Of a stretch of 64,000 bases of DNA, positions 9,813 through 19,162 are shown in pieces. The first letter of the stretch is position 1. The number at the start of each line of letters is the position of its first letter. A program made the translations under genes and the position numbers. A model generated the notes under the pieces. That model had not been told where the DNA came from and did no database searches. It saw nothing but the letters and a program-made list of their open reading frames with translations. The stretch is from Lachnospiraceae bacterium (GTDB lineage Bacteria; Bacillota; Clostridia; Lachnospirales; Lachnospiraceae): contig JAGBLN010000034.1 of assembly GCA_017635395.1 (NCBI GenBank), positions 9,743 to 73,742 of the forward strand, read 5' to 3'.

Positions 9813-11066
9813 ATGACGCCATATGATATGTCGCGGAAACCGATAAAGCAGTTTCCGCCTTTGCTTTTGTTGCTCTGGGGAGCGGCATTCGCACTGACGC
9901 CGGGACTTAAGAAAAACAAGATCCGTATGGAAGGACTTGAGCCGCCGTTCCTTGTTTATTCTACGCACCAGGGTTTTTCTGATTACTACATAGTGCCAAG
10001 GATGCTCTTTCCACAGCGTGCGAATTATGTGTCGGATATGGAAGGCTTTGCGGCTTTCGGCAACGAGGCCTACCGTGCAGGCGGATGCATAGGAAAGAGG
10101 CGTTATGTTCCTGATGTATCAGTAATGCTGAATATCAGGTATGCGCTGAAAGAATTAAAGCAGACAGTAGTCATTTTACCGGAGTCCAGGCACTGTGATG
10201 CCGGGATCACGTCGCCCCTGCCGGATAATCTTGGGAAACTGGCAAAGTTTCTGGATGTTCCGCTGGTGGTGATATACAGCCATGGCTGTTATCTTGCGAA
10301 TCCTTTCTGGGATGAGGACCGCAGAAGGAATGTGAGGATGGAGAGCACGGCAGAGCTTTTATATACAAGGGAAGAATTGCGTAATGCTTCAGCAGAAGAA
10401 GTCCAGCGCCGTGTTGAAGAAAAGCTTCAGTATGATGAATATGCCTGGCAGAAAGAGAACGGCATAAAAATAAACTTCGCTGAAAGGGCTGAGGGCCTGC
10501 ATTTGCCTTTGTATAAATGTAAGGCGTGCGGTACGAAAGGAAAGATGAGAAGCGGCGGTGCCGACCTTTGGTGCGAGAAATGTGAAAACCGCTGGACTCT
10601 TACTGAAGACGGAGACCTGGTGGATTTTGATTCGGGAGAAACCTGTAATATTCCGGAATGGTATCGTCAGGAGAGAAGACAGGTAGAGGATGAAATTGCG
10701 AAAGGTACTTACAAAAATCTGGATATTACGGTAAAGGTAGATGCCTTGCCGAATGAAAAGGGTTTTGTGCCGATGGGAAGCGGGAGGCTGCGTTTCAGCC
10801 GGGAAGGGTTTTACCTTAGTATTGATGAGGAACAGAAAAAAACGGAGAATTACGAGCCCCTATTTTTCTCAATCAGGAAGTTAGAATCGCTGCAGACAGA
10901 GTATAATTATAGAAAGCGTGGTAAGTGCATAGTCCTGTCCACTAAGGACTGCTGTTACTACGTTTATTCGGAGGACGAGGCTTTTATCGTGACAGAGCTG
11001 GAGTTTGCAACAGAACGATATCATGCGCTGTCGCTGCAGGCTGTCAGGGATAAAAACAAGAACTAA
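9813..11066 (+). CDS. PlsC-like lysophospholipid acyltransferase with C-terminal zinc-ribbon extension
   Basis: THQGFSD (HxxxxD), ILPES; CKAC and CEKC pairs; start set at ATG 9813 after GAAAGGG. Confidence 0.7.
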   Translation: MTPYDMSRKPIKQFPPLLLLLWGAAFALTPGLKKNKIRMEGLEPPFLVYSTHQGFSDYYIVPRMLFPQRANYVSDMEGFAAFGNEAYRAGGCIGKRRYVPDVSVMLNIRYALKELKQTVVILPESRHCDAGITSPLPDNLGKLAKFLDVPLVVIYSHGCYLANPFWDEDRRRNVRMESTAELLYTREELRNASAEEVQRRVEEKLQYDEYAWQKENGIKINFAERAEGLHLPLYKCKACGTKGKMRSGGADLWCEKCENRWTLTEDGDLVDFDSGETCNIPEWYRQERRQVEDEIAKGTYKNLDITVKVDALPNEKGFVPMGSGRLRFSREGFYLSIDEEQKKTENYEPLFFSIRKLESLQTEYNYRKRGKCIVLSTKDCCYYVYSEDEAFIVTELEFATERYHALSLQAVRDKNKN

Positions 11067-11090
11067 TCTAAAAATCAGGAGGGAGATAAC

Positions 11091-12095
11091 ATGCCACATT
11101 CAAGCGGAGGCGGATCACACGGCGGAGGTTCACATGGCGGATCACATGGAAGCGGGTCCAGGGGACACCGTACATCTCATACATATTTTCCGGGATCAAC
11201 AAGGTATGCCTATTACCATAAAGGACGTATAGAGTATTACTACCGTGATGCAGAATATACTGAAAATGACCTTAAGGACAAAACAAAAACACGTCTGATC
11301 ACGGCTTTGGTATTGGCTGTTTTTTATGCCTTTTTCATTATTGCCATAGCGGGCAGTACGATCAATATTCCCAGGAAGCTGAAAATGGATTATAAAGACA
11401 CATCCATCAGTATTTCTGACGGGAAAGAGCTTCTAAGCGAGGATGAACTGGTAAGGATAGGGGATTCGTTTTCGGAATTCCAGGATAAAACCGGTATTAC
11501 TCCGGTGCTGCTGATAATTGATAATTCCGAGTGGATGGGGCATTACTCTTCACTTGAGAATTATGCATATGAATATTATGTACAGCGCTGGGATGATGAA
11601 AAGCACTGGCTCATAGTATATTCAACCGATTCCAACCAGGAATGGGAAGACTGGCATTGGGAAGGCATGCAGGGAGATGATACCGATAACATTCTTACTA
11701 CCAAGAGGACGAATGATTTCAGGGAGGCCTTCCAGAAGGGACTCCTGCAGGACAGACAGCCTTTTGCTGATTCTTTCCTGGATGCTTTTAACAGCTTAAG
11801 CGATGTCTGCATGGAAGTGAGTTTTGAGCCCATGGCTCTTATAGCAATACCTTTCATACTGTTACATGCGACATTATTCTTCTATGGATTAATTTTTGGC
11901 GCGAAGAAAAATGAGGAAAAGGCAAGAAATTCCGTCAAGCTGGAAAAAGACGTGCAGTACGTTGAGGATACCTGCAAGTGGTGCGGAGGCCTGTATATTC
12001 ATGGCATACATCTGTCATGTCCTCATTGCGGGGGAACCATTGATCCTTTAGGCGAGCCGATAAATGTAACTTCACCGGAGTCACTTATCAGGTAG
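11091..12095 (+). CDS. Membrane protein with Gly/His/Ser-rich N-terminus, TPM-like extracellular domain and C-terminal zinc ribbon
   Basis: MPHSSGGGSHGGGSHGGSHGSG; two TM segments around FQDKTGITPVLL; CKWC...CPHC. Confidence 0.6.
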   Translation: MPHSSGGGSHGGGSHGGSHGSGSRGHRTSHTYFPGSTRYAYYHKGRIEYYYRDAEYTENDLKDKTKTRLITALVLAVFYAFFIIAIAGSTINIPRKLKMDYKDTSISISDGKELLSEDELVRIGDSFSEFQDKTGITPVLLIIDNSEWMGHYSSLENYAYEYYVQRWDDEKHWLIVYSTDSNQEWEDWHWEGMQGDDTDNILTTKRTNDFREAFQKGLLQDRQPFADSFLDAFNSLSDVCMEVSFEPMALIAIPFILLHATLFFYGLIFGAKKNEEKARNSVKLEKDVQYVEDTCKWCGGLYIHGIHLSCPHCGGTIDPLGEPINVTSPESLIR

Positions 12096-12105
12096 AAGGA
12101 GTCAC

Positions 12106-13485
12106 ATGTCATTTAATATTATCAGAAACGACATAACGAAAGTATCTGCGGATGCAATAGTAAATACTGCTAATCCAAAGCCTATATATGCAGGTGGGAC
12201 TGACTCGGCTATTTATGCGGCAGCAGGTGCTGAGGCTCTGCTTAAAGAAAGAGAGAAGATAGGCGATATTGAGGTGGGGCAGTCTGCAGTGACATCTGCT
12301 TTTGGCCTGGATGCAAAATATATAATCCATACTGTTGGCCCGGAATGGACAGACGGGGAACATGGTGAAAAAGAAGCTGTAAAGAACTGTTATGAAAACA
12401 GCCTTAAGCTGGCAAAAGAGCTAGGGTGTGAGAGTATAGCTTTTCCGCTTATAGCTACGGGTGTGTATGGCTTTCCTAAGGATGAAGCGCTTAAGATCGC
12501 AATATCTGTATTCAGTGATTTCCTGGCGGGAGAAGATATGGAAATCACACTTGTGGTTTTTGATAAAGAATCCTTTGTACTGTCTGATGAAATTTTCTCC
12601 GGCGTTGACGAGTATATTGATGACAATTATGCAAAGAGTACTCTGGATGAAGAGTATGCAGCGGACAGGTGTGAGAGAGATACGGTTATTGAAGACGCTT
12701 CGCTAAATGAAACTTTTGCATCATCTGCGGATTCGTCCAGAGGAGGTCTGCGTAATCTTTTCGGAAAGCTTGGTAAGATGGGACGGAAGAATGAATCCGT
12801 TTCCATGCATGAGAGTGTAGCAAGGGAGACCGCTGCAGATGATTTTTGTGATGGCGGCTCTAATGATGCTTCGGATGAAGAATGTCTGGCTGAAGAACCG
12901 GAAGGCAGGCCGGATGCCGATGCGAATTTGGCAGAAAAAAATGTCGGAAGACAGACGGCTCCTCGGGAGGCCTTCTTTGGGGCGTCAATGCCGTCGGCTT
13001 CTGCACAGATGGCACGGTCAGCTATGTGTATGGAGCAGGCTTTTGAGGGACAGGTTCGCTGCATGGCTCCTGCCGGAATGCTAAATGCACCGGCAGCCGG
13101 AGCAAAAGCGAAGCAGACACGCAGCCTCGATGACCTTATGGCCAATGTGAGTGAAACCTGGCAGGAGAGCCTTTTCAGGCTTATAGACGAAAAGGGCTAT
13201 ACTGATACGGAGGTTTATAAGCGTGCGAATGTTGACAGGAAACTTTTCTCAAAAATCCGCAGCAATGCGGACTATCAGCCCAAGAAGATAACCGCGGTTG
13301 CATTTGCTTTAGCCTTGAATCTTAATCTGGACGAGACAAAGGACCTGATCGGAAGAGCTGGATATGCGCTGTCACCCAGCAGCAAGTTTGACCTGATCAT
13401 CGAATACTTCATCGAAAATGAAGTCTATGATACCTACACCATAAATCTTGCTCTTTTCGAACACGACCAGCCGCTGCTGCTTTAA
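12106..13485 (+). CDS. Macro-domain (ADP-ribose binding/hydrolase) protein fused to a C-terminal XRE-like HTH
   Basis: NDITKVSADAIVNTAN, IIHTVGP, SIAFPLIATGVYGFP; C-terminal EVYKRANVDRKLFSKIRS. Confidence 0.85.
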   Translation: MSFNIIRNDITKVSADAIVNTANPKPIYAGGTDSAIYAAAGAEALLKEREKIGDIEVGQSAVTSAFGLDAKYIIHTVGPEWTDGEHGEKEAVKNCYENSLKLAKELGCESIAFPLIATGVYGFPKDEALKIAISVFSDFLAGEDMEITLVVFDKESFVLSDEIFSGVDEYIDDNYAKSTLDEEYAADRCERDTVIEDASLNETFASSADSSRGGLRNLFGKLGKMGRKNESVSMHESVARETAADDFCDGGSNDASDEECLAEEPEGRPDADANLAEKNVGRQTAPREAFFGASMPSASAQMARSAMCMEQAFEGQVRCMAPAGMLNAPAAGAKAKQTRSLDDLMANVSETWQESLFRLIDEKGYTDTEVYKRANVDRKLFSKIRSNADYQPKKITAVAFALALNLNLDETKDLIGRAGYALSPSSKFDLIIEYFIENEVYDTYTINLALFEHDQPLLL

Positions 13486-13521
13486 GACAAATATCATTTT
13501 TTTATAGCAATACGAGTTTTT

Positions 13522-13549
13522 AAAATGTCGCCTGCCGGGCGACCATTTT
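13522..13549. promoter_or_regulatory. Palindrome between macro-HTH and vWA genes (operator or terminator)
   Basis: AAAAT-GTCGCC-N5-GGCGAC-CATTTT; TATACT at 13565-13570. Confidence 0.5.
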
Positions 13550-13624
13550 TATTTTGGATTTTTCTATACTTACCTCAGAACGAAGAAATGCAAAGCCGGA
13601 CACCGGCAGAAAGCGAGGTAAGTT

Positions 13625-14305
13625 ATGAAGAAGGGTTTAACAGAGATAGTATTTATTCTTGACCGCAGCGGATCAATGGCAGGACTTGAGGCAGATACCA
13701 TAGGCGGGTTCAATTCCATGCTGGAGAGGCAGAAGAAGGAAGAAGGAGATGCCATCATTTCAACAGTGCTTTTTGATGATAAGACAGAAATTCTGCATGA
13801 CAGGATTGATCTGAAAAAGGTTGAGAAGATGACTGACAGGGAGTATTTCGTAAGGGGATGTACTGCACTGCTGGATGCGGTAGGCGGCGCCATCCATCAT
13901 GCGGACAAGATGCAGAAGGCAATGCCCGAATCAGAAAGGCCTGAGAAGACACTGTTCATAATCACCACGGACGGAATGGAGAATGCCAGCAAAGAATACA
14001 CTTATGCCAAGGTTAAAAAGATGGTGGAAAAGAAAAAGAGAAAGCAGCACTGGGAGTTCATCTTTATGGGGGCAAACATTGACGCTATCGAGGTGGCAGG
14101 AAGATTCGGAGTGGCTGCTAACAGGGCTGTAAGATACGAATGCGACGAAGAAGGTACTGCGCTTAATTTCTCAGTAATGTCAAAGCTTGTAAGCTGTGCA
14201 AGGTCATGCGGAAGCGCTAAGATGATGAACGCGGCTTATGATGAGGCAGGGGATGAGATGCTTGATGAGATAAGGGCTGACTACAAAAAACGCCACGGGG
14301 CGTGA
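13625..14305 (+). CDS. von Willebrand factor A domain protein
   Basis: MIDAS motif ILDRSGSM, TALLDAVG, IITTDGMEN. Confidence 0.88.
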   Translation: MKKGLTEIVFILDRSGSMAGLEADTIGGFNSMLERQKKEEGDAIISTVLFDDKTEILHDRIDLKKVEKMTDREYFVRGCTALLDAVGGAIHHADKMQKAMPESERPEKTLFIITTDGMENASKEYTYAKVKKMVEKKKRKQHWEFIFMGANIDAIEVAGRFGVAANRAVRYECDEEGTALNFSVMSKLVSCARSCGSAKMMNAAYDEAGDEMLDEIRADYKKRHGA

Positions 14306-14329
14306 ATTGATATTATTTAAAATAACCAT

Positions 14330-14358
14330 TTGACAATCGCATACCGCAAAACTATAAT
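14330..14358 (+). promoter_or_regulatory. Consensus sigma-A promoter of the thiamine operon
   Basis: TTGACA-N17-TATAAT. Confidence 0.85.
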
Positions 14359-14365
14359 AGACAAG

Positions 14366-14475
14366 TGTCACGGGAGTGCTTAATGAATTAGGCTGAGAGA
14401 TGGCTGTTTCGTCATCAATCCTATGGGAGAAACCCAGAACCTGATCCGGATAATGCCGGCGTAGGGAGTATGATC
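14366..14475 (+). ncRNA. TPP riboswitch aptamer
   Basis: GGGAGTGC...GCTGAGA...GAACCTGATCCGGATAATGCCGGCGTAGGGA upstream of thiamine-related genes. Confidence 0.93.
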
Positions 14476-14491
14476 CATTGATGATTTAAGG

Positions 14492-14523
14492 GCTCTTCCT
14501 GTGTGACAGGAAGGGCTTTTCTT
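14492..14523 (+). terminator. Riboswitch expression-platform terminator
   Basis: GCTCTTCCTGT-GTG-ACAGGAAGGGC followed by TTTTCTT. Confidence 0.85.
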
Positions 14524-14548
14524 ATTTAAAAAAAGGGAGGAAAAAAAT

Positions 14549-14857
14549 ATGAAAAAACTAAATGCAAATGTAGCAATCCAGGTATTACCTTCCGTGCTGG
14601 AGGATGAAGAGATCGTCCGTATAGTCGACGAAGTCATCGACTATATCAAAAGCACCGGTGTAGAGTATTATGTAGGACCCTGTGAAACTGCAATGGAGGG
14701 AGACTACGAGGAACTGATGGAAATCGTAAAGCACTGCCAGTATATTGCAATTGAGGCTGGTGCTCCCAGTGTGATGAGCTATGTGAAGATCACATACAAG
14801 CCTGCAGGCGAAGAACTTACCATTGAGAGAAAGACTGCCAAGCATCATCAGGCATAA
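14549..14857 (+). CDS. Thiamine-binding protein (MTH1187/YkoF-like)
   Basis: VAIQVLP...YYVGPCETAMEG pattern; first gene behind TPP riboswitch. Confidence 0.85.
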   Translation: MKKLNANVAIQVLPSVLEDEEIVRIVDEVIDYIKSTGVEYYVGPCETAMEGDYEELMEIVKHCQYIAIEAGAPSVMSYVKITYKPAGEELTIERKTAKHHQA

Positions 14858-14875
14858 GAGAGTTTAGCGCCGTAT

Positions 14876-15643
14876 ATGAAGGGAAAAAACAAGGCAAAGG
14901 AAATACTGATACCGCTGGCTACGGTCATTGCATTCGTGACCATATGGCAGATTGTCTGTGTGCTTGGACTGGTTCCGGGCTTTATGCTGCCGTCGCCGAT
15001 TGATGTGGGAAGTGCGCTTGTGAGTGACTTTCCGCTTTTGATGCATCATGCCGGTGTTACCATGCTTGAAGCCTTTCTCGGACTATTAACCGGTGTATTG
15101 CTGGGCTTTGGCTGCGCGGCATTAATGGATACTTTTCCGCTGGTAAAAAGCGCATTATATCCGATACTTGTGCTTACCCAGACTATCCCGCCGGTTGCCA
15201 TTGCACCTTTACTGATACTCTGGTTTTCCTATGGCATAGTTCCGAAGGTAATCCTAGTGGTGCTGGTTTCGTTTTTCCCGATGGCAGTAGGCTTGCTGGA
15301 AGGCTTCCAGTCAGTAGATTCGGATATGGTAAAGATGATGAAGTCCATGGGAGCCGGCAGAAAACAGATCTTCTGGAATGTGAAATTTCCTTCGGCAATG
15401 GGAAACTTTTTTTCCGGACTGAAGATTGCCGTATCCTATTCCATAGTAGGTGCGGTGATAGCCGAATGGCTGGGTGGTTTTACAGGCCTGGGTGTGTATA
15501 TGACGAGAGTGAAGAAGTCTTTATCATACGATAAGATGTTTGCCGTTATTTTACTGGTCTCGCTTATAAGTTTACTGCTCATGGAGCTGGTCAAATACAT
15601 ACAGTACAGGTCCATGCCCTGGGAACATCTTGATGAAGAGTAA
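14876..15643 (+). CDS. ABC permease for thiamine precursor (ThiX-like)
   Basis: LPSP, QTIPPVAIAPLL, GAVIAEWLGG; SsuC/TauC-type permease. Confidence 0.85.
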   Translation: MKGKNKAKEILIPLATVIAFVTIWQIVCVLGLVPGFMLPSPIDVGSALVSDFPLLMHHAGVTMLEAFLGLLTGVLLGFGCAALMDTFPLVKSALYPILVLTQTIPPVAIAPLLILWFSYGIVPKVILVVLVSFFPMAVGLLEGFQSVDSDMVKMMKSMGAGRKQIFWNVKFPSAMGNFFSGLKIAVSYSIVGAVIAEWLGGFTGLGVYMTRVKKSLSYDKMFAVILLVSLISLLLMELVKYIQYRSMPWEHLDEE

Positions 15644-15673
15644 AATATTTTAATATAAAAAAGGGAGAAAACT

Positions 15674-16693
15674 ATGAAAAAGAACATTGCAAAGAAATTA
15701 TTGGGATTAGGCGCTGCCGCTGTTACGGCTTTATCAATGACGGCATGCACACAGAACACTCCGGAGGCGCAGGGTGAGGCAGAGCCTGCTGAAATGACGG
15801 ATATCACCCTTGTCCTTGACTGGACGCCTAACACTAACCACACCGGATTTTACGTAGCACAGGACCAGGGCTATTTTGCAGAGGAAGGCTTAAATGTTTC
15901 GATCGTTCAGCCGCCCGAGGACGGTGCCGTTGCAATGGTAGCTTCCGGCCAGGCACAGTTCGGAATTGATTTCCAGGATTATCTTCCACCCGTATTTACA
16001 TCAGAAGAGGATATCCCGGTAGAGGCAGTTGCCGCACTGATACAGCACAATACATCAGGAATAATTTCCTTAAAAGAGGACGGTATAGATTCTCCTAAGG
16101 GGTTAGAAGGAATGAACTACGCCACATGGGATCTTCCCGTTGAAAAGGCTATGATGCAGAATATTGTTGAGGCTGACGGCGGTGACTTTTCAAAGGTTAA
16201 TATGATCCCTGAGTATGTTGAGAATGAACCTGCAGCACTTCAGCAGGATATCGATGCTATCTGGGTTTATTATGCATGGGCAGGTATAAGCTGCAAGCAG
16301 GCCGGCCTTGATACAAATATGATCTATTTTAAGGACATCACACCTGAGTTTGATTACTACAGCCCCGTGATCATCTCCAATACTAACTGGTTAAGCGAGA
16401 ATCCCGAAACAGCTAAGGCTTTCTTAAGGGCAACCGCAAAGGGATATGAGTATGCAATAGCTGATCCTGATTCAGCAGCAGAGATCCTGTGCAAGCAGGT
16501 TCCTGAGCTGGATGCTGAACTTGTAAAGGAAAGCCAGAACTGGCTTGCTGACCAGTACAAGGCTGAAGTATCACAGTGGGGCTACATAGACCAGGATAGA
16601 TGGGATGCATTCTTCACCTGGCTGTATGAAAACGGGCTCAGTGATGAGATCCCTGCAGGTTTCGGCTTTACAAATGAGTATTTACCTGAATAA
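15674..16693 (+). CDS. ABC substrate-binding lipoprotein, NMT1/THI5 (ThiY-like)
   Basis: Lipobox MTAC; LDWTPNTNHTG. Confidence 0.88.
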   Translation: MKKNIAKKLLGLGAAAVTALSMTACTQNTPEAQGEAEPAEMTDITLVLDWTPNTNHTGFYVAQDQGYFAEEGLNVSIVQPPEDGAVAMVASGQAQFGIDFQDYLPPVFTSEEDIPVEAVAALIQHNTSGIISLKEDGIDSPKGLEGMNYATWDLPVEKAMMQNIVEADGGDFSKVNMIPEYVENEPAALQQDIDAIWVYYAWAGISCKQAGLDTNMIYFKDITPEFDYYSPVIISNTNWLSENPETAKAFLRATAKGYEYAIADPDSAAEILCKQVPELDAELVKESQNWLADQYKAEVSQWGYIDQDRWDAFFTWLYENGLSDEIPAGFGFTNEYLPE

Positions 16694-16723
16694 AAATGAT
16701 GCTGTAGAACGGGTTTAGCATAA

Positions 16724-17485
16724 ATGAACGAGATACTGCGTGCAGAGCACATCACAAAATCATATAGCGATAAAACTGTTCTTAAGGATATTGGGCTCAC
16801 CCTCTCCACGGGTGAGCTCGTATGTCTTCTTGGCATAAGCGGCGTGGGAAAGACTACTTTATTTAATGTCCTTTCCGGCCTGACAATGCCGGATGAAGGC
16901 AGAGTGCTTTTAAAGGGTGACAGTGCTGAGGATTGGCAGGACATTACCGGCAAGTCGGGATACTTAAGCTATATGCTGCAGAAAGACCTTTTGCTCCCGC
17001 ATAAGTATGTTATAGATAATGTAGCTTTGCCGCTTACATTAAAAGGAGTAAAGAAAAAGGATGCCAGAGAGCAGGTGGCAGAGTATTTTGAGCGCTTTGG
17101 ACTGGCAGGCACGGAGAAGAAGTATCCGGCCCAGCTTTCCGGCGGAATGAGGCAGAGAGCGGCGCTTTTGCGCACCTACCTTACGGGGAGTAAAGTGGCG
17201 CTGCTGGACGAACCCTTCAGCGCCCTGGATACTATCACTAGGGCAGCCATGCAGGAGTGGTTTCTGGAAGTCATGGAAGAAATAAAGCTTTCCACTATAT
17301 TTATTACCCATGATGTTGATGAGGCTATTCTGATCTCGGACAGGATATATATTATGAAAGGGGAGCCTGCGGGACTGTCAGAAGACATTCAGGTGACAGA
17401 TCCCAAGCCTAGGGATCCTTCATATACAACATCTGAAGAATTTGTTACATACAAAAAGAGAATTCGTGGTATACTGTTTTCGTGA
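16724..17485 (+). CDS. ABC ATPase (ThiZ-like)
   Basis: GISGVGKTT, LSGGMRQR, LLDEPFSALD. Confidence 0.88.
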   Translation: MNEILRAEHITKSYSDKTVLKDIGLTLSTGELVCLLGISGVGKTTLFNVLSGLTMPDEGRVLLKGDSAEDWQDITGKSGYLSYMLQKDLLLPHKYVIDNVALPLTLKGVKKKDAREQVAEYFERFGLAGTEKKYPAQLSGGMRQRAALLRTYLTGSKVALLDEPFSALDTITRAAMQEWFLEVMEEIKLSTIFITHDVDEAILISDRIYIMKGEPAGLSEDIQVTDPKPRDPSYTTSEEFVTYKKRIRGILFS

Positions 17486-17562
17486 TTTAAATATTATGTC
17501 TACCTTGTTTTTTACAAATTGCCATATGTAGTGTGTGTAAGGCATATGTTGTAGTGTCAAGG

Positions 17563-17617
17563 TTGACAAAATAGATGAACTGTGATATATTCGTAACAGT
17601 TTTAACAAAAATGTAAC
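17563..17617 (+). promoter_or_regulatory. Sigma-A promoter of the NlpC/P60 gene with downstream direct repeats
   Basis: TTGACA-N17-TATATT with extended TG; TTTAAC-N5-TGTAAC at 17601-17617. Confidence 0.65.
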
Positions 17618-17639
17618 AATTTACAAGGGTTTAATATAT

Positions 17640-18965
17640 ATGTCAAAACAAAGCAAAAGAATCAAAGCGGTTATAGCCGGAACACTTGCGGTTGTATTCG
17701 CTTCGTCTGTTTTTTCGGGAACAAGGGCAAGGGCTGAAGTTCCTGTGGCAGAGGTAGAATTGGACCTGCCTCAGCAGGTAAAAATGGTGGATGCAGCATC
17801 TGTCATAGCTGTTAAAGGTGCGGCAGAGGCACTGGAAGAAAAGCCTGATGCTGTCTGCATTCCTGAGCTTTATTCAGTAGGCGCGGCAAAGGCACTGCTT
17901 ACGGATGATACCGGAGCAAAAGAAGCTGCAAAGACTGCCGTAGGTGCGATCATTGAAGCAGAGATTGCTGTTGAGGATGTCAGGGAAGCACAGATTGTTT
18001 CAGAGAATGAAGCAGAGGCAAGAGATCCTGAACATTTCAGCAATTTAGTTATTGCGGATGTTGATAATTTCGTTAATGTCCGTGCGGTTCCTTCTACAGA
18101 CGGTGATGTAGTGGGTAAGCTTTACGACAATTCCGCAGGACAGTTTATTGAAGAAAGAAACGGCTGGTACAAGATTAAGTCCGGTAACGTGACTGGATAT
18201 GTTAAGGCTGAGTACTGTGTGACAGGCGAGAATGCCATTGAGTTAGCAAAGAAAGTCGGGACTCGTATGGCTACTGTTAATACCACTACATTAAGAGTGC
18301 GTATGGAAAAGTCGATGGATTCCGGCGTGCTGGGACTTATCCCCATGGGCGAGGATCTGGTGGTTCTTGAGGAGACAGCTGACTGGGTTAAGGTTTCCAT
18401 AGAAGAAGGTGACGGTTACGTATCTACAGAGTATGTGGATTTAAGAACCGATTTTGTACAGGCTGAGTCCAAGGCAGAAGAAGAAGCGAGACTTGCCAAG
18501 GAAGAGGCTGAGAGAAAGGCTGCTATCGCAGCGGCTGAGGCAGCGGCTAAGAAGAACAGCAAGAAGAATTCTTCTTCCAACCCCAGTGCTTATACTGCAC
18601 CTAATATTCCCGGAAGCGGCCTGGGTGTGGATGTTGCAAATTATGCTTGCCAGTTCGTTGGTAATCCTTATGTATACGGTGGAACCAGCCTGACCAACGG
18701 TGCTGACTGCTCAGGTTTCGTAATGAGTGTATACAAGCAGTTTGGTGTATCCCTGCCTCACTCATCTACTGCGGACAGAAGCGTGGGATATGAAGTTCCT
18801 GGCGGTATTGCGAATGCACAGCCCGGTGATATCCTTTGCTACTCAGGACATGTGGCACTATACATCGGCGGTGGAAAGATCGTTCATGCAAGTACCTCCC
18901 GTACCGGTATTGTTATCGGAAATGCAAACTACAGAGGAGTCCTTGCAGTAAGAAGAATCTTCTAA
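17640..18965 (+). CDS. Secreted SH3b-SH3b-NlpC/P60 peptidoglycan endopeptidase
   Basis: Signal peptide; VNVRAVPS...GWYKIKSG and LRVR...WVKV SH3b repeats; GNPYVYGG, ADCSGF, GHVALY, HAS. Confidence 0.9.
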   Translation: MSKQSKRIKAVIAGTLAVVFASSVFSGTRARAEVPVAEVELDLPQQVKMVDAASVIAVKGAAEALEEKPDAVCIPELYSVGAAKALLTDDTGAKEAAKTAVGAIIEAEIAVEDVREAQIVSENEAEARDPEHFSNLVIADVDNFVNVRAVPSTDGDVVGKLYDNSAGQFIEERNGWYKIKSGNVTGYVKAEYCVTGENAIELAKKVGTRMATVNTTTLRVRMEKSMDSGVLGLIPMGEDLVVLEETADWVKVSIEEGDGYVSTEYVDLRTDFVQAESKAEEEARLAKEEAERKAAIAAAEAAAKKNSKKNSSSNPSAYTAPNIPGSGLGVDVANYACQFVGNPYVYGGTSLTNGADCSGFVMSVYKQFGVSLPHSSTADRSVGYEVPGGIANAQPGDILCYSGHVALYIGGGKIVHASTSRTGIVIGNANYRGVLAVRRIF

Positions 18966-18997
18966 GACAGTAGTAGTCATAAAATATAATGTTAATG

Positions 18998-19023
18998 AAA
19001 GGGGCTTGAAAAGAGCCCCTTTT
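18998..19023 (+). terminator. Rho-independent terminator
   Basis: AAAGGGGCT/AGCCCCTTT stem. Confidence 0.75.
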
Positions 19024-19162
19024 ACATTAGATTGGATTAGATTGGTTTACATATTTGCATTTAAAAATGAGTTGTTATATAATACTTTTGTTTTTTGCGT
19101 GGTAAGGTCGGCATGTATGTGCCGTGATAAAAGTTTCTAAGTTTTGAAAGGGGAACAGTAAA

